Shown here: positions 10,257 to 20,341 of the stretch, in pieces
Layout of the letters: every line of letters begins with the position of its first letter
Numbering within the stretch: position 1 is the stretch's first letter
Virus record (IMG/VR): IMGVR_UViG_3300020392_000004
Length of the DNA: 64,000 nucleotides
Source: a virus
Strand: one strand, 5' to 3'
The notes under the pieces: model-generated
Database searches by the model: none
Told to the model about the DNA's origin: nothing
What the model saw: only the letters and a program-made list of their open reading frames with translations
Position numbers and translations under genes: made by a program

Positions 10257-12131
10257 TTAATATGAACTGGTAGAGGTTGTATTAAAACCTACACCAGCAC
10301 TCGATTCACCACTTGCGATGGTGTCTACTTCACCAGTTGTTTTAATATCGTCAACGGAGATATCAATTAGATTACCTCTTTCTGCAACGACATCAACACC
10401 CGAAGGTATAACTGTGAAGTCTATCGAAGTATCAGTATTAACCGTAGAGGTTAAAGTGATAGCATTGATAGAAATAAGTCCAGTGGAATAATTTACTGTT
10501 CCAGCTGCACTGTCTTGATATATCCTAGTTGACCCTGATAAGTAGTATCTTCTCAATACTCCATTACCGTCATCGTCAAAATAATTTATATTGACGGAAT
10601 CACCTTGGACATAAAAACCTGTTGTAATAATAATGCCTCCACTCGCTGCATTGTGACCAGCATGTGGATTGAATAATGCATTACCAAAAGAAACTGAATA
10701 ACCTTTTGCATTTGAAGAAATAGTAGGTTTTAATTTTTTCTTCAATCTTATGTTTGTTGTATTTGACAAGATAGCAGAATCTGACTCGTCAATAGTTTTA
10801 GTTAGATTCGAATGTCTAAAGATTGCATCGAATCCATTTAAGTTGTCTGTATCAAATTTTAAAATAGTGTTCTTGACTAATGTTTCTAATTCACCAGCTG
10901 TTAATGTAGTCAAAGCTGGATTATATTTGAATGTTGAAGATATCAATATCTTAACTATATCTGCATCAACTATTTGTGGACGAACTGTCAACATGTTTAA
11001 TTTATTTAGATTGTTTAAAACAACATTCTTTTCTGTTTCAGATAAGTAATCTGCATTTTGTGGTTTTAATGCAATGAATACTTTACCATATTCGGGTGGG
11101 TTGTTATCTTCACCACCCCATACTGCAACTGCATCTGCATTTGGATAATATTCCTGAACTTTTGCTTTATAGTCATTCAATGTGACTAATCTGTTTTGTG
11201 AAGTATAGAATTTTGTTGCTTTAAACTTGATAGATTCCATACTCTCTTTCTCTGCACCACCTGTTGCAGCTGTAGATACAACAATACTTGAATCTGAAAA
11301 TCCATTGACTGTATCTACTTGAGTAAATCTGTTTGCACCGTCAGCGTGAATATCGTCTACAACAACATAATCAACTGTAATGATATCACCGTCTAATAGT
11401 TTTGCACCAAGTGTTCCATCACCAAAATATATTTCTAAATATCCGTCTTCGTTTTCTTGAGTGTAATATACTTTAGAGGTTGTAGTAATTGTTGATATAT
11501 CTGTTGATAATGTATATGTTGAACTTGTCCCACCTGAATTAACTGTGATTGTTAATCTATTTTTATCGACTCTTTGATTTGATAAAACATATTTTGCATT
11601 TTTGATTTGATTATCATTAATAAAGATATCTTGAGAGTAAGTTCCTTGAACTAATTCTACATTATTATATGTAAATTTATTTGAATCAACTGTTGGTGTA
11701 TAAGAAGTTGCAGTGACAAACTCGTAATTACTTCCTTCGTAATTTGTTCTAAAGACTGTCCCTCTTGGCATAACCATAGAAGTTGTTGAAGGTATTGAAC
11801 CGTCTGCATTTCTTACATTAGATAATACCATAGTCATAACTGCAGCTGAAGCTGATTCAGAAGCAGGTGTAAATCCTAAATCCTTTGCACGGGACACAAC
11901 ATTCTTTCTTATTTGTGCTGAATCTAGGAACAACTCTGAAGCTGCTATGTTTGTGTTGACTGCACCAATATGTGATGCATATGCAAGTAAGTCTATAAGA
12001 ATTGAAAGGGTTGCACCCTCAAAGTTATAGTCTTTAAAAATTTCTTGTCCCTTAAGATAGTTCTTAAGGTTATCTGATATGTTGTCAAAGTCTAAATCTG
12101 TGACATTTATTTGTGAACTGTTTACTGCCAT
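10257..12131 (-). CDS. gp6: Baseplate wedge subunit gp6
   Basis: LDFDNI...FKDYNFEG, FLDSAQIR and QNRLVT..DY...WGGE...YGKVFI motifs. Confidence 0.95.
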   Translation of the reverse strand: MAVNSSQINVTDLDFDNISDNLKNYLKGQEIFKDYNFEGATLSILIDLLAYASHIGAVNTNIAASELFLDSAQIRKNVVSRAKDLGFTPASESASAAVMTMVLSNVRNADGSIPSTTSMVMPRGTVFRTNYEGSNYEFVTATSYTPTVDSNKFTYNNVELVQGTYSQDIFINDNQIKNAKYVLSNQRVDKNRLTITVNSGGTSSTYTLSTDISTITTTSKVYYTQENEDGYLEIYFGDGTLGAKLLDGDIITVDYVVVDDIHADGANRFTQVDTVNGFSDSSIVVSTAATGGAEKESMESIKFKATKFYTSQNRLVTLNDYKAKVQEYYPNADAVAVWGGEDNNPPEYGKVFIALKPQNADYLSETEKNVVLNNLNKLNMLTVRPQIVDADIVKILISSTFKYNPALTTLTAGELETLVKNTILKFDTDNLNGFDAIFRHSNLTKTIDESDSAILSNTTNIRLKKKLKPTISSNAKGYSVSFGNALFNPHAGHNAASGGIIITTGFYVQGDSVNINYFDDDGNGVLRRYYLSGSTRIYQDSAAGTVNYSTGLISINAITLTSTVNTDTSIDFTVIPSGVDVVAERGNLIDISVDDIKTTGEVDTIASGESSAGVGFNTTSTSSY

Positions 12132-12547
12132 TATCGTGCCCTTGTTATATTGAACTCAACTTCTTGTCCAGTTAAACCATTTTTGATATTATAGAAAATG
12201 ATTACATTTAGACTATTACCCGAGGTATCAAATTTACACCTAACATTTTCTACTCTCGGTTCTAAAGCTGTGATTGTATCTGCAAGTCTGTCTCTTGCTC
12301 TGTTTAATTGTCTATCGGTATTCAATTCGAATAAGAGACCTCGAATATTACCACCTAGACTTGGTTTAAAAGGTCTTTCATAATAATTAGTAAGAACTAT
12401 ATTCTTGACTGCTCTCTTTACAGCTTCTGAATCTGATTTAGTTGTGACATCACCTGTTATGGGGTGTGCCATGAAGTTTAAATCAAGGTCTTTATATGCT
12501 TCCTTGATTGCAACATTCTTACTTTTGGGTTTTACATAATCGACCAT
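12131..12547 (-). CDS. gp25: Baseplate wedge subunit gp25
   Basis: YKDLDL.F..HP.TGD, AVKRAVKNIVLT...ERPF.P.LG and EPRV motifs. Confidence 0.93.
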   Translation of the reverse strand: MVDYVKPKSKNVAIKEAYKDLDLNFMAHPITGDVTTKSDSEAVKRAVKNIVLTNYYERPFKPSLGGNIRGLLFELNTDRQLNRARDRLADTITALEPRVENVRCKFDTSGNSLNVIIFYNIKNGLTGQEVEFNITRAR

Positions 12548-12552
12548 AATAC

Positions 12553-12560
12553 TATTTATA
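12553..12560 (-). promoter_or_regulatory. T4-type late promoter
   Basis: TATAAATA 5 nt before the gp25 ATG. Confidence 0.85.
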
Positions 12561-12564
12561 CAAC

Positions 12565-13821
12565 CTATTTACCTTTTTCAGAAGTCTTTGTAGAAAGACC
12601 TGATTTAACTAACTTAACTTGGTGTGTATGTGTTGCAAGTGTTGGTTTATTACCAGCGTCAGTTGAAATATCTTTCTTCGCATGAATTGTTGAATCGTTT
12701 GTTTGAGCCCCAGTCACATGTAATGTTCCTGTGACTGTAGTGTCTGATATAATCTCTGTTGTGTTATTACCTGTAATTGTTATCTTACCTTCCGACAATA
12801 CATCTGTTGTTCCTTTGAGTATGTCTGCTTTGAGATTACCTTCTGTTATCTCGGAAGTCACATTACCCTTCATTACTTTCATATCAACATTACCAGTATT
12901 TACTGTTATGTTTACATTACCATGACCAACCTGTAAATCTGTATTACCAGCTATATAAACTTTATCGTCTTTTAGAATTGCAGTATAGTTATTGTTTACG
13001 ATTCGTGTGACCTCTGAACCGTCTGCATGTATTTCATGGAATGTTCCTGACCTATGGTGAACATTGATTCTTTCTTTACCTAATGTATCGTCTATTTCAA
13101 ATACATGACCTGATTCTGACTGGTGAACTTTATTGTAAGGATATACTGGTGCAGAATCTACATCTACAAAGTCTGATAAAATTTGTTGTGTTTGTGGGTG
13201 AACTATATCACCTTTTATTTTATGGTCTAATACTGAACCTCTTGCAAGTGAAGAGTAATCCGATTCGTCTGTATACAAAGGATAGTAAGGCAACATTTCT
13301 TTTGTCACCTCTAGTTCTTCTATTGTAGAACCTGTATTATCGTAATTAATTTTTAATTCTTTTGGAAACTTTGGTGCAGTATCCATTGCAGTAGTAAGAC
13401 CAAAACCTCTTCTAGAATCTTGGACTGGGTTTGGGCCATCAGGTGTATCATTATAATCTGCAACTGTCAATTGTCTCGGGTCATTGAATCCTTTCTCGAT
13501 TGACCTAGTAATAAGTTGGTCTGTAATAGATTCTTTATATCCTGCTTGAGGGATACCTGCCGATACACCTAGAACGATTGGGTCTTGTTTTGCCTTATCT
13601 CTAAAGTATCCAAAGACTGTAGTTCCTTCTACAAGACCGTGTCCTGTTCCTAGTCCTGATAGACCAGCAGAAGTTGTAGGAAGTATTACTTGACACCATG
13701 GTAAATCAGGAGTTGCAATTAATATCTTCTCGTCTGTATGAATACCATGTATACGAACACGAACTCTCCCAACCTTCAATGGGTCTTGTCTATCTTCAAC
13801 TACTCCGTAAAAATATTCCAT
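12565..13821 (-). CDS. gp5: Baseplate hub/spike gp5 (OB-fold plus beta-helix, no lysozyme domain)
   Basis: GVVEDRQDP...GRVRVRIHG.H...LPW OB-fold; YPYNKV..SESGH..E.DDT...ER motif; C-terminal HTH metal-tip motif. Confidence 0.9.
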   Translation of the reverse strand: MEYFYGVVEDRQDPLKVGRVRVRIHGIHTDEKILIATPDLPWCQVILPTTSAGLSGLGTGHGLVEGTTVFGYFRDKAKQDPIVLGVSAGIPQAGYKESITDQLITRSIEKGFNDPRQLTVADYNDTPDGPNPVQDSRRGFGLTTAMDTAPKFPKELKINYDNTGSTIEELEVTKEMLPYYPLYTDESDYSSLARGSVLDHKIKGDIVHPQTQQILSDFVDVDSAPVYPYNKVHQSESGHVFEIDDTLGKERINVHHRSGTFHEIHADGSEVTRIVNNNYTAILKDDKVYIAGNTDLQVGHGNVNITVNTGNVDMKVMKGNVTSEITEGNLKADILKGTTDVLSEGKITITGNNTTEIISDTTVTGTLHVTGAQTNDSTIHAKKDISTDAGNKPTLATHTHQVKLVKSGLSTKTSEKGK

Positions 13822-15269
13822 TAATCTAAATCCTCAGCTGACGGTGCTTGTTCTAGAGGTTTAAAGTTTTCTATTTTACTTGCATAACTTTCTTTAACAC
13901 ATTCTAGATAACACACTCCAGTTTTATCTGTCGGGTCACATGATATAGATAGGTCTGTAATTAAGTATCTATTATCATTTACCTTATCTTCTATCTCACC
14001 GTCTCCAGCAACTTCGGGTGAACTAATATCTAATTTTATTATCATACCTACAGATAAATCTGTTCTCAATGGTATACTTACGAGCATTCTATGTTGTTGT
14101 AAATTTTCTAACAAAGCTCTTCGTTCTAGAATACCAGTATCCTTTAATTTTCTCGGTTCAAATACTTCGGGGTCTGTTATATTCTCTGCATTATCAAAAG
14201 GGTGAGTTGCATGATAATCATTTACTATAATTGTGCTTGTTTCCTTTGTAGGTTGTAATTCTACAGATATCTCATCTATCGGTGGTGATACTTCGGGGTC
14301 AATCAGTAAGCCTGGTTGTAATACTCTTTCATAATCGTCAACATATAACATAGGATTTCCTGATACATGATTTCCCTTTTTCATAGTTTCTTCAAGGTTG
14401 TATACACTCTCTTCTTCTAGTTTTCTTATAGGGTCATATACTTTTAAAGTTGAGGCATATGCACCACCGACTGTTCCTTGTAATGTATTAAATAATTGTG
14501 GTTTCTCATGATGTATAATAGTTGTATTCAATCCAGCTGGTGCATTTATATTTTCGTTTTCATTATCAATAACAACATTTTTTGGTTTATCATTGAACTC
14601 TACAGGAAATTCCATTTGACACATTTGGTCAAAACTTTGAAATCTAAATCCACCATTCAATGTCTGAAAAAAGAACATACCATTTTTGTATGCATGTGAT
14701 TCACCTGATTGTGAATTGTTAACAATGTAATCTATGAGTTCTGCAATAGTCCAGTTAGGACATATAAATTGTTTATTTGCTGGAACTGTCTGTTCCCATG
14801 CGTCAAATTCTGCAACTCTAAATTTACATAAGTCAATCAAAACATTTTGTAAGATTTGGTCGTATCTTCCTCGTAATGTTTGACTTAATCTTTTTCTACG
14901 AACCGTAAACATTTTAGGGTCACATATTCTTATAACATAAGTTTGTGTTAGTGTTTGAGGTCTTTGAACATTATCTATTTTATATACTCGAAAAGTTTTA
15001 TCTATTGCAAAATCGTCTGCAGCCTTTTCGTCTGTTCCTTCTTTCTGTCTAATCTTAATTCTAATAAATTCTTGACCTGTCATTCTAAAGTTTTTCAGAA
15101 CATTTAATCCGTCAAATACATGGACTTCACCTGTCACAAATTTATTGTATATGGATTCGAACAATTGAAAATTACTACACATTTGTTGTAGGTCAATTGA
15201 TTCGTTATATTGATTTACTAGGGTGAATGAATCAAAAAAGAATTCACCCGCTGCATAGTTTCCACTCAT
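13821..15269 (-). CDS. Putative baseplate hub protein (gp27-like)
   Basis: 482 aa between gp53 and gp5; FESI...G and FFFQT..GF.F patterns typical of the hub protein at this position. Confidence 0.55.
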   Translation of the reverse strand: MSGNYAAGEFFFDSFTLVNQYNESIDLQQMCSNFQLFESIYNKFVTGEVHVFDGLNVLKNFRMTGQEFIRIKIRQKEGTDEKAADDFAIDKTFRVYKIDNVQRPQTLTQTYVIRICDPKMFTVRRKRLSQTLRGRYDQILQNVLIDLCKFRVAEFDAWEQTVPANKQFICPNWTIAELIDYIVNNSQSGESHAYKNGMFFFQTLNGGFRFQSFDQMCQMEFPVEFNDKPKNVVIDNENENINAPAGLNTTIIHHEKPQLFNTLQGTVGGAYASTLKVYDPIRKLEEESVYNLEETMKKGNHVSGNPMLYVDDYERVLQPGLLIDPEVSPPIDEISVELQPTKETSTIIVNDYHATHPFDNAENITDPEVFEPRKLKDTGILERRALLENLQQHRMLVSIPLRTDLSVGMIIKLDISSPEVAGDGEIEDKVNDNRYLITDLSISCDPTDKTGVCYLECVKESYASKIENFKPLEQAPSAEDLD

Positions 15270-16009
15270 GATTTCATTACACGCTCAAACTCTGATACAA
15301 CTTTTCCTAGTCTAGCAGGTTTGATAATTTTTATATTTCTCTTCTCTTCGTTTCTTTCGTATTCTTCCTCATAAAAAGATTTTGCTGTATATCCATTTTC
15401 AAATTGATTTTTTCGTAGAGTTCCTTTATAATAATAACATACCCCGTCTCTTTTATTAATTGTTGATACTGGAGTAAATGACATAGGATTATCAGAAGTA
15501 TCCTTTACTGATTGTGCAGAGGATAAAGCACCAGTTTTAAAATCCCCTTTTAATACTTTAATTCCTAGTCTTTTATGTAGAGGGTCGACCTCTGTCACAA
15601 CTCCTTCTGAATCAAGTGTGGTGACGGTTTCTCCTATTAAGAACTTGTATGATACACCACTGGAATAATTGACTAAATCTGTAGAGTTAGGTGCAACACA
15701 ATATATACCTTCATATTTTTTCTCTATATATGTTTCAAACTCTTGACTACTTTTAAACCATTCAAGGTAATTGTCAAAATCATTAACTAGATAGAACACC
15801 CAGTGCAAATCACCATTACCGTATAATTTTGTTGCAACTGTATCAGGTCTATCTCCTTCTGATAACTCATAAGTTGTATATTCAATTAATCCTGTGACAG
15901 CTTCTTGTTCTATTTTTGACTTTCTAAAGAAATCTTTTATAGTGATAATCTTACCATTAGATAAGGTATATTGCATTTCAGGAAAATTTTTAAAATATTC
16001 TTGAGCCAT
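15266..16009 (-). CDS. gp53: Baseplate wedge protein gp53 (LysM-like)
   Basis: YF..FP...Y, GDRPDTVA.KLYG...LHW...LVN and NEEKR.IKI motifs. Confidence 0.92.
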   Translation of the reverse strand: MAQEYFKNFPEMQYTLSNGKIITIKDFFRKSKIEQEAVTGLIEYTTYELSEGDRPDTVATKLYGNGDLHWVFYLVNDFDNYLEWFKSSQEFETYIEKKYEGIYCVAPNSTDLVNYSSGVSYKFLIGETVTTLDSEGVVTEVDPLHKRLGIKVLKGDFKTGALSSAQSVKDTSDNPMSFTPVSTINKRDGVCYYYKGTLRKNQFENGYTAKSFYEEEYERNEEKRNIKIIKPARLGKVVSEFERVMKS

Positions 16010-16010
16010 A

Positions 16011-17138
16011 TTATCCTCCTGTATCTTCGTCTAATATACTTGGTGAACCACCTGTCAAATTACCAGCAATTGCTCTTGCACCAACATGTGAATCGTAAGT
16101 TTCTTGAGTTATCAATCTTATTTCAGAGAATGATAAATCCATTGTAGTGTGTGCTGGATAATGAGTCACACCCTGACCAAACGGGTCTCCTGCTTCTGTT
16201 CCTCCAGCAATAATGGCTTTGGGGTCACCACCAAATGTTCCAACACTAACATCTGTGCATACGGAAGGTAAAAATCCTTCAACATTATCTGCAATTGGGC
16301 CTTCAAGTTTTATGTCAAAAACATTTGGGTAGTTAAAAAAGTTTTCATTTGGTGAGGTTGATTCAAATGAAGCAAATGTATCGGGTAGAGCTGCAAGTTT
16401 GAAAGTTCTTACGATTTCCATAACCTCTCTTGCTTCTTCTTCACTCTTTGGCCAAAACTCAAATTGAAAAGATAAGTCTCTAAATTCTACCCCTTCTAAC
16501 ATTTGTTCTAACATAGGGTTTGCAGCCATGCCTTGTCGTAGATTACGAACTCCACCTGACATACCATTCATGATTTTATTTCCTAAATCACCAACTACAC
16601 CTTTTACTTCGTTGATAACACCTTCTACTTTTGAACCTTTAAAATCTACTTCTGTGTTTTTAGTTGTATCTCTTCCTCTTTGGAATGTGCTTATACCTTC
16701 ACTCCCTGAATAACCCACTGCAACATTGGAATCGTAATCAACAAGATATAATGCAACTGTTCTAGTCTCTGATGAAAAGTAATTACCACCTTTTTCGTTT
16801 CCACCGTCTCTTGCCTTTCTCGGTCTCATGTTAAAAACGATAAAATTGTCTCCTTCAGCTTCTAAAGGATATTGTAAATCTACATGATTTAGGTTAGGTG
16901 CATTTTTTACCTTTTTTCTTCCTGAATTTACACTCGATATTTGTGATTGTAAAGTATTTGCTCTATCAGCTAACTTTTTTCTGTTTTCTTCGGTTATAGA
17001 TTGTAGTTTATCTACTTCTTCGGTGTTAACTCCACCCTTGTATCCTATACTCTCAATCTTTGACTTGATACCTTTGACTGATTTGATTGCTTGTGAAGCC
17101 TGATTTACTTTGTTTAATAATTTGTTAATATTTGGCAT
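16011..17138 (-). CDS. gp48: Baseplate tail-tube cap gp48
   Basis: NP.LEQ..EGV.FR..SF.F.F.PKSE.EA and L.FSE motifs; gene order. Confidence 0.85.
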   Translation of the reverse strand: MPNINKLLNKVNQASQAIKSVKGIKSKIESIGYKGGVNTEEVDKLQSITEENRKKLADRANTLQSQISSVNSGRKKVKNAPNLNHVDLQYPLEAEGDNFIVFNMRPRKARDGGNEKGGNYFSSETRTVALYLVDYDSNVAVGYSGSEGISTFQRGRDTTKNTEVDFKGSKVEGVINEVKGVVGDLGNKIMNGMSGGVRNLRQGMAANPMLEQMLEGVEFRDLSFQFEFWPKSEEEAREVMEIVRTFKLAALPDTFASFESTSPNENFFNYPNVFDIKLEGPIADNVEGFLPSVCTDVSVGTFGGDPKAIIAGGTEAGDPFGQGVTHYPAHTTMDLSFSEIRLITQETYDSHVGARAIAGNLTGGSPSILDEDTGG

Positions 17139-17176
17139 ATAAATATCCTAAAATAAAGGTCTTAATTCTATTTATG
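17138..17176. promoter_or_regulatory. Divergent late promoters for gp4 and gp48
   Basis: Plus-strand TATAAATA at 17138-17145; minus-strand CATAAATA at 17169-17176. Confidence 0.75.
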
Positions 17177-17620
17177 TCATACAGTGGTAAGTTTAAACCG
17201 AAGAATTACAAAAAATACAAGGGAGACCCTACAAAAATCTATTATAGGTCTTTGTGGGAAAGAAGATTCATGGTTTACTGTGATAATAACCCTAATATTG
17301 TTGAATGGGGAAGTGAGGAAATCATAATCCCTTACAAATCTCCTGTTGATAAAAGAGTTCATAGGTATTTTCCTGATTTTTACATAAAATATGTAAATTC
17401 CAAAGGACAAGCAATACGAGAAATCATAGAAGTAAAACCAAAGTCTCAATGTAAACCTCCACCAGTCCCAAAAAGACAAACTAGGAAGTTTAAACAAAAA
17501 GTTTTGACCTATATAATTAATCAGGCAAAGTTCAAAGCTGCAGAAGAGTTTTGTAAAGACCGAAAAATGGGATTTCGTATTTTAACGGAAGACCATTTAG
17601 TCCCAAAAAAGAAAAAGTGA
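17174..17620 (+). CDS. gp4: Head completion nuclease gp4
   Basis: MSYSGKFKPKN..KY.GDP..I.YRS.WE...W.SEE...RYFPDF...EVKP; the ATG at 17174 is the likely true start. Confidence 0.93.
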   Translation: MSYSGKFKPKNYKKYKGDPTKIYYRSLWERRFMVYCDNNPNIVEWGSEEIIIPYKSPVDKRVHRYFPDFYIKYVNSKGQAIREIIEVKPKSQCKPPPVPKRQTRKFKQKVLTYIINQAKFKAAEEFCKDRKMGFRILTEDHLVPKKKK

Positions 17621-18207
17621 AGAAATTAATAGTATTTGATTTAGACGGAGTCCTAATTGACTCTTTACCCAATATGAAACTGTCATGGGATACAGTTAGA
17701 CACACCCATAACATAGAAACACCTTTCGAATCATATCAAAAACACATAGGTAAACCTTTTCCTGATATAATGAATGCATTAGGAGTCCCTCTAAAGGTTC
17801 AATCAACTTATGAAGAGGCCTCTGAACAAAATTTAGATAAAATAAAATTATATGAAGGTGCATTTGATACACTTACTGTCTTAAAACAAAATTATAAGAT
17901 TGCAATTTGCACTTCTAAAGGAGAAAAAAGAACAAGTCTAATTTTAGAACAATTGCCTGACTTTGATTGGGTCTGTTCACCTACTATGGGCCTTCGAGGT
18001 AAACCTGCTCCCGACCAATTACTACATACTATGGCATTCTGTAATTCAGAACCAAGTGAAACAATTTATATTGGTGATATGCAGACTGATTATGAATGTG
18101 CAAAGAGGGCTGGAGTAGATTTTATACATGCAAAATATGGATATGGAGAAGTTGAATGCGAAGTATCGCTAGAATCGATTACGAATCTGAACTCGTTGTT
18201 GGTCTAA
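17617..18207 (+). CDS. HAD-superfamily phosphatase (phosphoglycolate phosphatase-like)
   Basis: FDLDGVL, KP.P and IGD...D motifs. Confidence 0.88.
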   Translation: MKKLIVFDLDGVLIDSLPNMKLSWDTVRHTHNIETPFESYQKHIGKPFPDIMNALGVPLKVQSTYEEASEQNLDKIKLYEGAFDTLTVLKQNYKIAICTSKGEKRTSLILEQLPDFDWVCSPTMGLRGKPAPDQLLHTMAFCNSEPSETIYIGDMQTDYECAKRAGVDFIHAKYGYGEVECEVSLESITNLNSLLV

Positions 18208-18884
18208 TACCAGCAAGGTGGAAATCAACAAGATTTGAGGGTAAACCTCTTGTAGATATTTGTGATATACCTATGATAAAGAGAGTATATGACCGTGCCT
18301 GTATGGCAAAACAACTTGATACAGTTGTAGTTCTTACAGACGATTCTAGAATATCTAATTATTGTTCAAAACAAGAAATGAGGTGTATAGTTATTGAGGA
18401 AGAATGTGCAACTGGAACAGACAGGTGTGCAAAAGCTTTGAGTTTGTTAGACGGAGATATCTTTGTTAACATACAAGGGGACGAACCTTTGATTAATCCT
18501 GATGCAATCAATCAAATGATTACAGATTTTGACGATGATACTGATATCGTAAATGCATATGTCGAAGTTGACCAAGAATATAAGTTAACTGACCCAAATG
18601 TAGTCAAGGTTGTCATGGATAAAGATAATCATGCACTATATTATAGTCGACTACCTATTTCTAGGAATCAACAATTAGGTCTTTATGCATATCGAAGAAA
18701 TATGTTAGATATTTTTCCACACATGGATAGACATAGAAACGAAATAGAAGAAAATGTTGAAATGTTAAGATATCTAGAGAATGGTTTCGTAGTAAAAATG
18801 ATTAGAGTTGAAGACGAAGGCCTATCCGTAGACACACCTGACGATTTAAAGCTAGTTGAATTAAAAATAAAGAGTTATAACTAA
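18156..18884 (+). CDS. kdsB: CMP-KDO synthetase (3-deoxy-manno-octulosonate cytidylyltransferase)
   Basis: IPAR..STRF.GKPL, TGTDR, VNIQGDEP, NVVKVV, YSR.PI, E.LR.LENG and VDTP.DL motifs. Confidence 0.9.
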   Translation: MRSIARIDYESELVVGLIPARWKSTRFEGKPLVDICDIPMIKRVYDRACMAKQLDTVVVLTDDSRISNYCSKQEMRCIVIEEECATGTDRCAKALSLLDGDIFVNIQGDEPLINPDAINQMITDFDDDTDIVNAYVEVDQEYKLTDPNVVKVVMDKDNHALYYSRLPISRNQQLGLYAYRRNMLDIFPHMDRHRNEIEENVEMLRYLENGFVVKMIRVEDEGLSVDTPDDLKLVELKIKSYN

Positions 18885-19705
18885 TGCCTATAGAACATAT
18901 TGCAGTCCAAGACCATGAGGGAAGACAACTTACAGACGAACAAGTCAAAGAATTGTTTACACCATACTTAAAATCAAATCCAAAACTCATATCCTTTGAC
19001 CGTGCAAAGGCAGAAGGTATATACAACAATGTATCAGTGTATGAGAACGAACATCGTATGGAAACTATTGACTTTTATGGGTTGTATTTTCTGTATGGTT
19101 GGAATCTAGACTTCAAAGAAAGTGAATTTCATGAATTTATGTCAGACCACCATAGAAATTGTTTCTTTCATGCAGTAAAACTTCAATGGTTAGTAGATTG
19201 TATCAAGACCCAAGGTCTATATTCAGTCCCACAGGCAATCTTAAAAGAGAATAAACAACATTGGTTTGCCCACCCAGGCCAGTTTAGAGTTCATGCAATA
19301 GAATATACAGACTCAAACGAAGACTTTGTGTTATGGGACATTGGAGATAAGATAAATTTACCAAAATTAACCTTTGAAGAATGGTGGAAACTCTACAGTC
19401 ACCATAATGAAAGGTCTATATTCTTTGCAAAGTTCGAAGATAAACTAGAAGTCCACATTGGAGAGGAGAGAATAGAACTCTATGGTCAAGTAAAAGAGAC
19501 TATTGAGTGTTTTGGCGGTAAGAAAGCCACCCTAGAAGGCACCTGTGACCCGATTCTAGAGGATTTATTCGGTGAGGAGGAGTCTAATATCAAAATAGTA
19601 GGACATGTCGGTATAAAGGACTGTAGACACTTTCTAGATTTCATGCCAAATAAGAAAATAATTGAAAAAGAAAACTTCACTTTATATAACAATTATCATA
19701 AATAA
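18884..19705 (+). CDS. Hypothetical protein
   Basis: 273 aa ORF, translationally coupled to kdsB. Confidence 0.7.
   Translation: MPIEHIAVQDHEGRQLTDEQVKELFTPYLKSNPKLISFDRAKAEGIYNNVSVYENEHRMETIDFYGLYFLYGWNLDFKESEFHEFMSDHHRNCFFHAVKLQWLVDCIKTQGLYSVPQAILKENKQHWFAHPGQFRVHAIEYTDSNEDFVLWDIGDKINLPKLTFEEWWKLYSHHNERSIFFAKFEDKLEVHIGEERIELYGQVKETIECFGGKKATLEGTCDPILEDLFGEEESNIKIVGHVGIKDCRHFLDFMPNKKIIEKENFTLYNNYHK
19697..19704 (+). promoter_or_regulatory. T4-type late promoter
   Basis: CATAAATA 7 nt before the gp2 ATG. Confidence 0.75.
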
Positions 19706-19711
19706 TAGACT

Positions 19712-20341
19712 ATGGCTAGTCTATTCCAAGAATTAATCACTGCAAGAGATGAAGCTCTCACAGAAGGTCAGACAATATATTCAATAAGGGATTTAGAAGA
19801 CCCTAAAAATAAAGGTGCAGTTCGTGAATCTTTACAATGGTTTAGAATTAACATACGAGAAATTAGAAGAACACCTGATTCTATTATGAAAGAGAATCAG
19901 AACTTTGTTTCGAGAATAGAACTCGGTAAATTCTACATGTTTTATTACGATGCAGAAACTAAAGATAAATTACCATACTATGATAACTTTCCAGTTGTAA
20001 TGTGTTTAAAAAGATATTCAACTGGATTTTTAGGATTAAACTTTCATTACATATCACCAAAGTATAGAGTGTTCTTAATGGAAGCATTGTTAGGATTTAT
20101 AAACGAAAATAAAGATAAGCCAGAAGATACAAGAATTAGAGTTTTTTATAAAATGATAAAAGGTATTAGTAGACTTCGTTGGGCAAAACCATGTGTCAAA
20201 CAATACTATTACAAAAATATAGATTCAATGATGTGTCAAATAATGCCAAAACATTGGAGTCTAGTCACTATGTTGCCCGTGCAAAAATTTAAGGGTGAGG
20301 GTGCAAATACAGTTTACAAAAAAAGTAAGGATAAATTTTAA
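19712..20341 (+). CDS. gp2: DNA end protector protein gp2
   Basis: F.YDA.TKD.LPYYD.FP, GLNFHY and C.KQY motifs. Confidence 0.9.
   Translation: MASLFQELITARDEALTEGQTIYSIRDLEDPKNKGAVRESLQWFRINIREIRRTPDSIMKENQNFVSRIELGKFYMFYYDAETKDKLPYYDNFPVVMCLKRYSTGFLGLNFHYISPKYRVFLMEALLGFINENKDKPEDTRIRVFYKMIKGISRLRWAKPCVKQYYYKNIDSMMCQIMPKHWSLVTMLPVQKFKGEGANTVYKKSKDKF

Noticed and set aside
426-16713. Numerous plus-strand ORFs in the track
   Set aside because: Antisense shadows of long minus-strand structural genes, with no motifs or initiation signals. The same applies to shadow ORFs elsewhere in the window.
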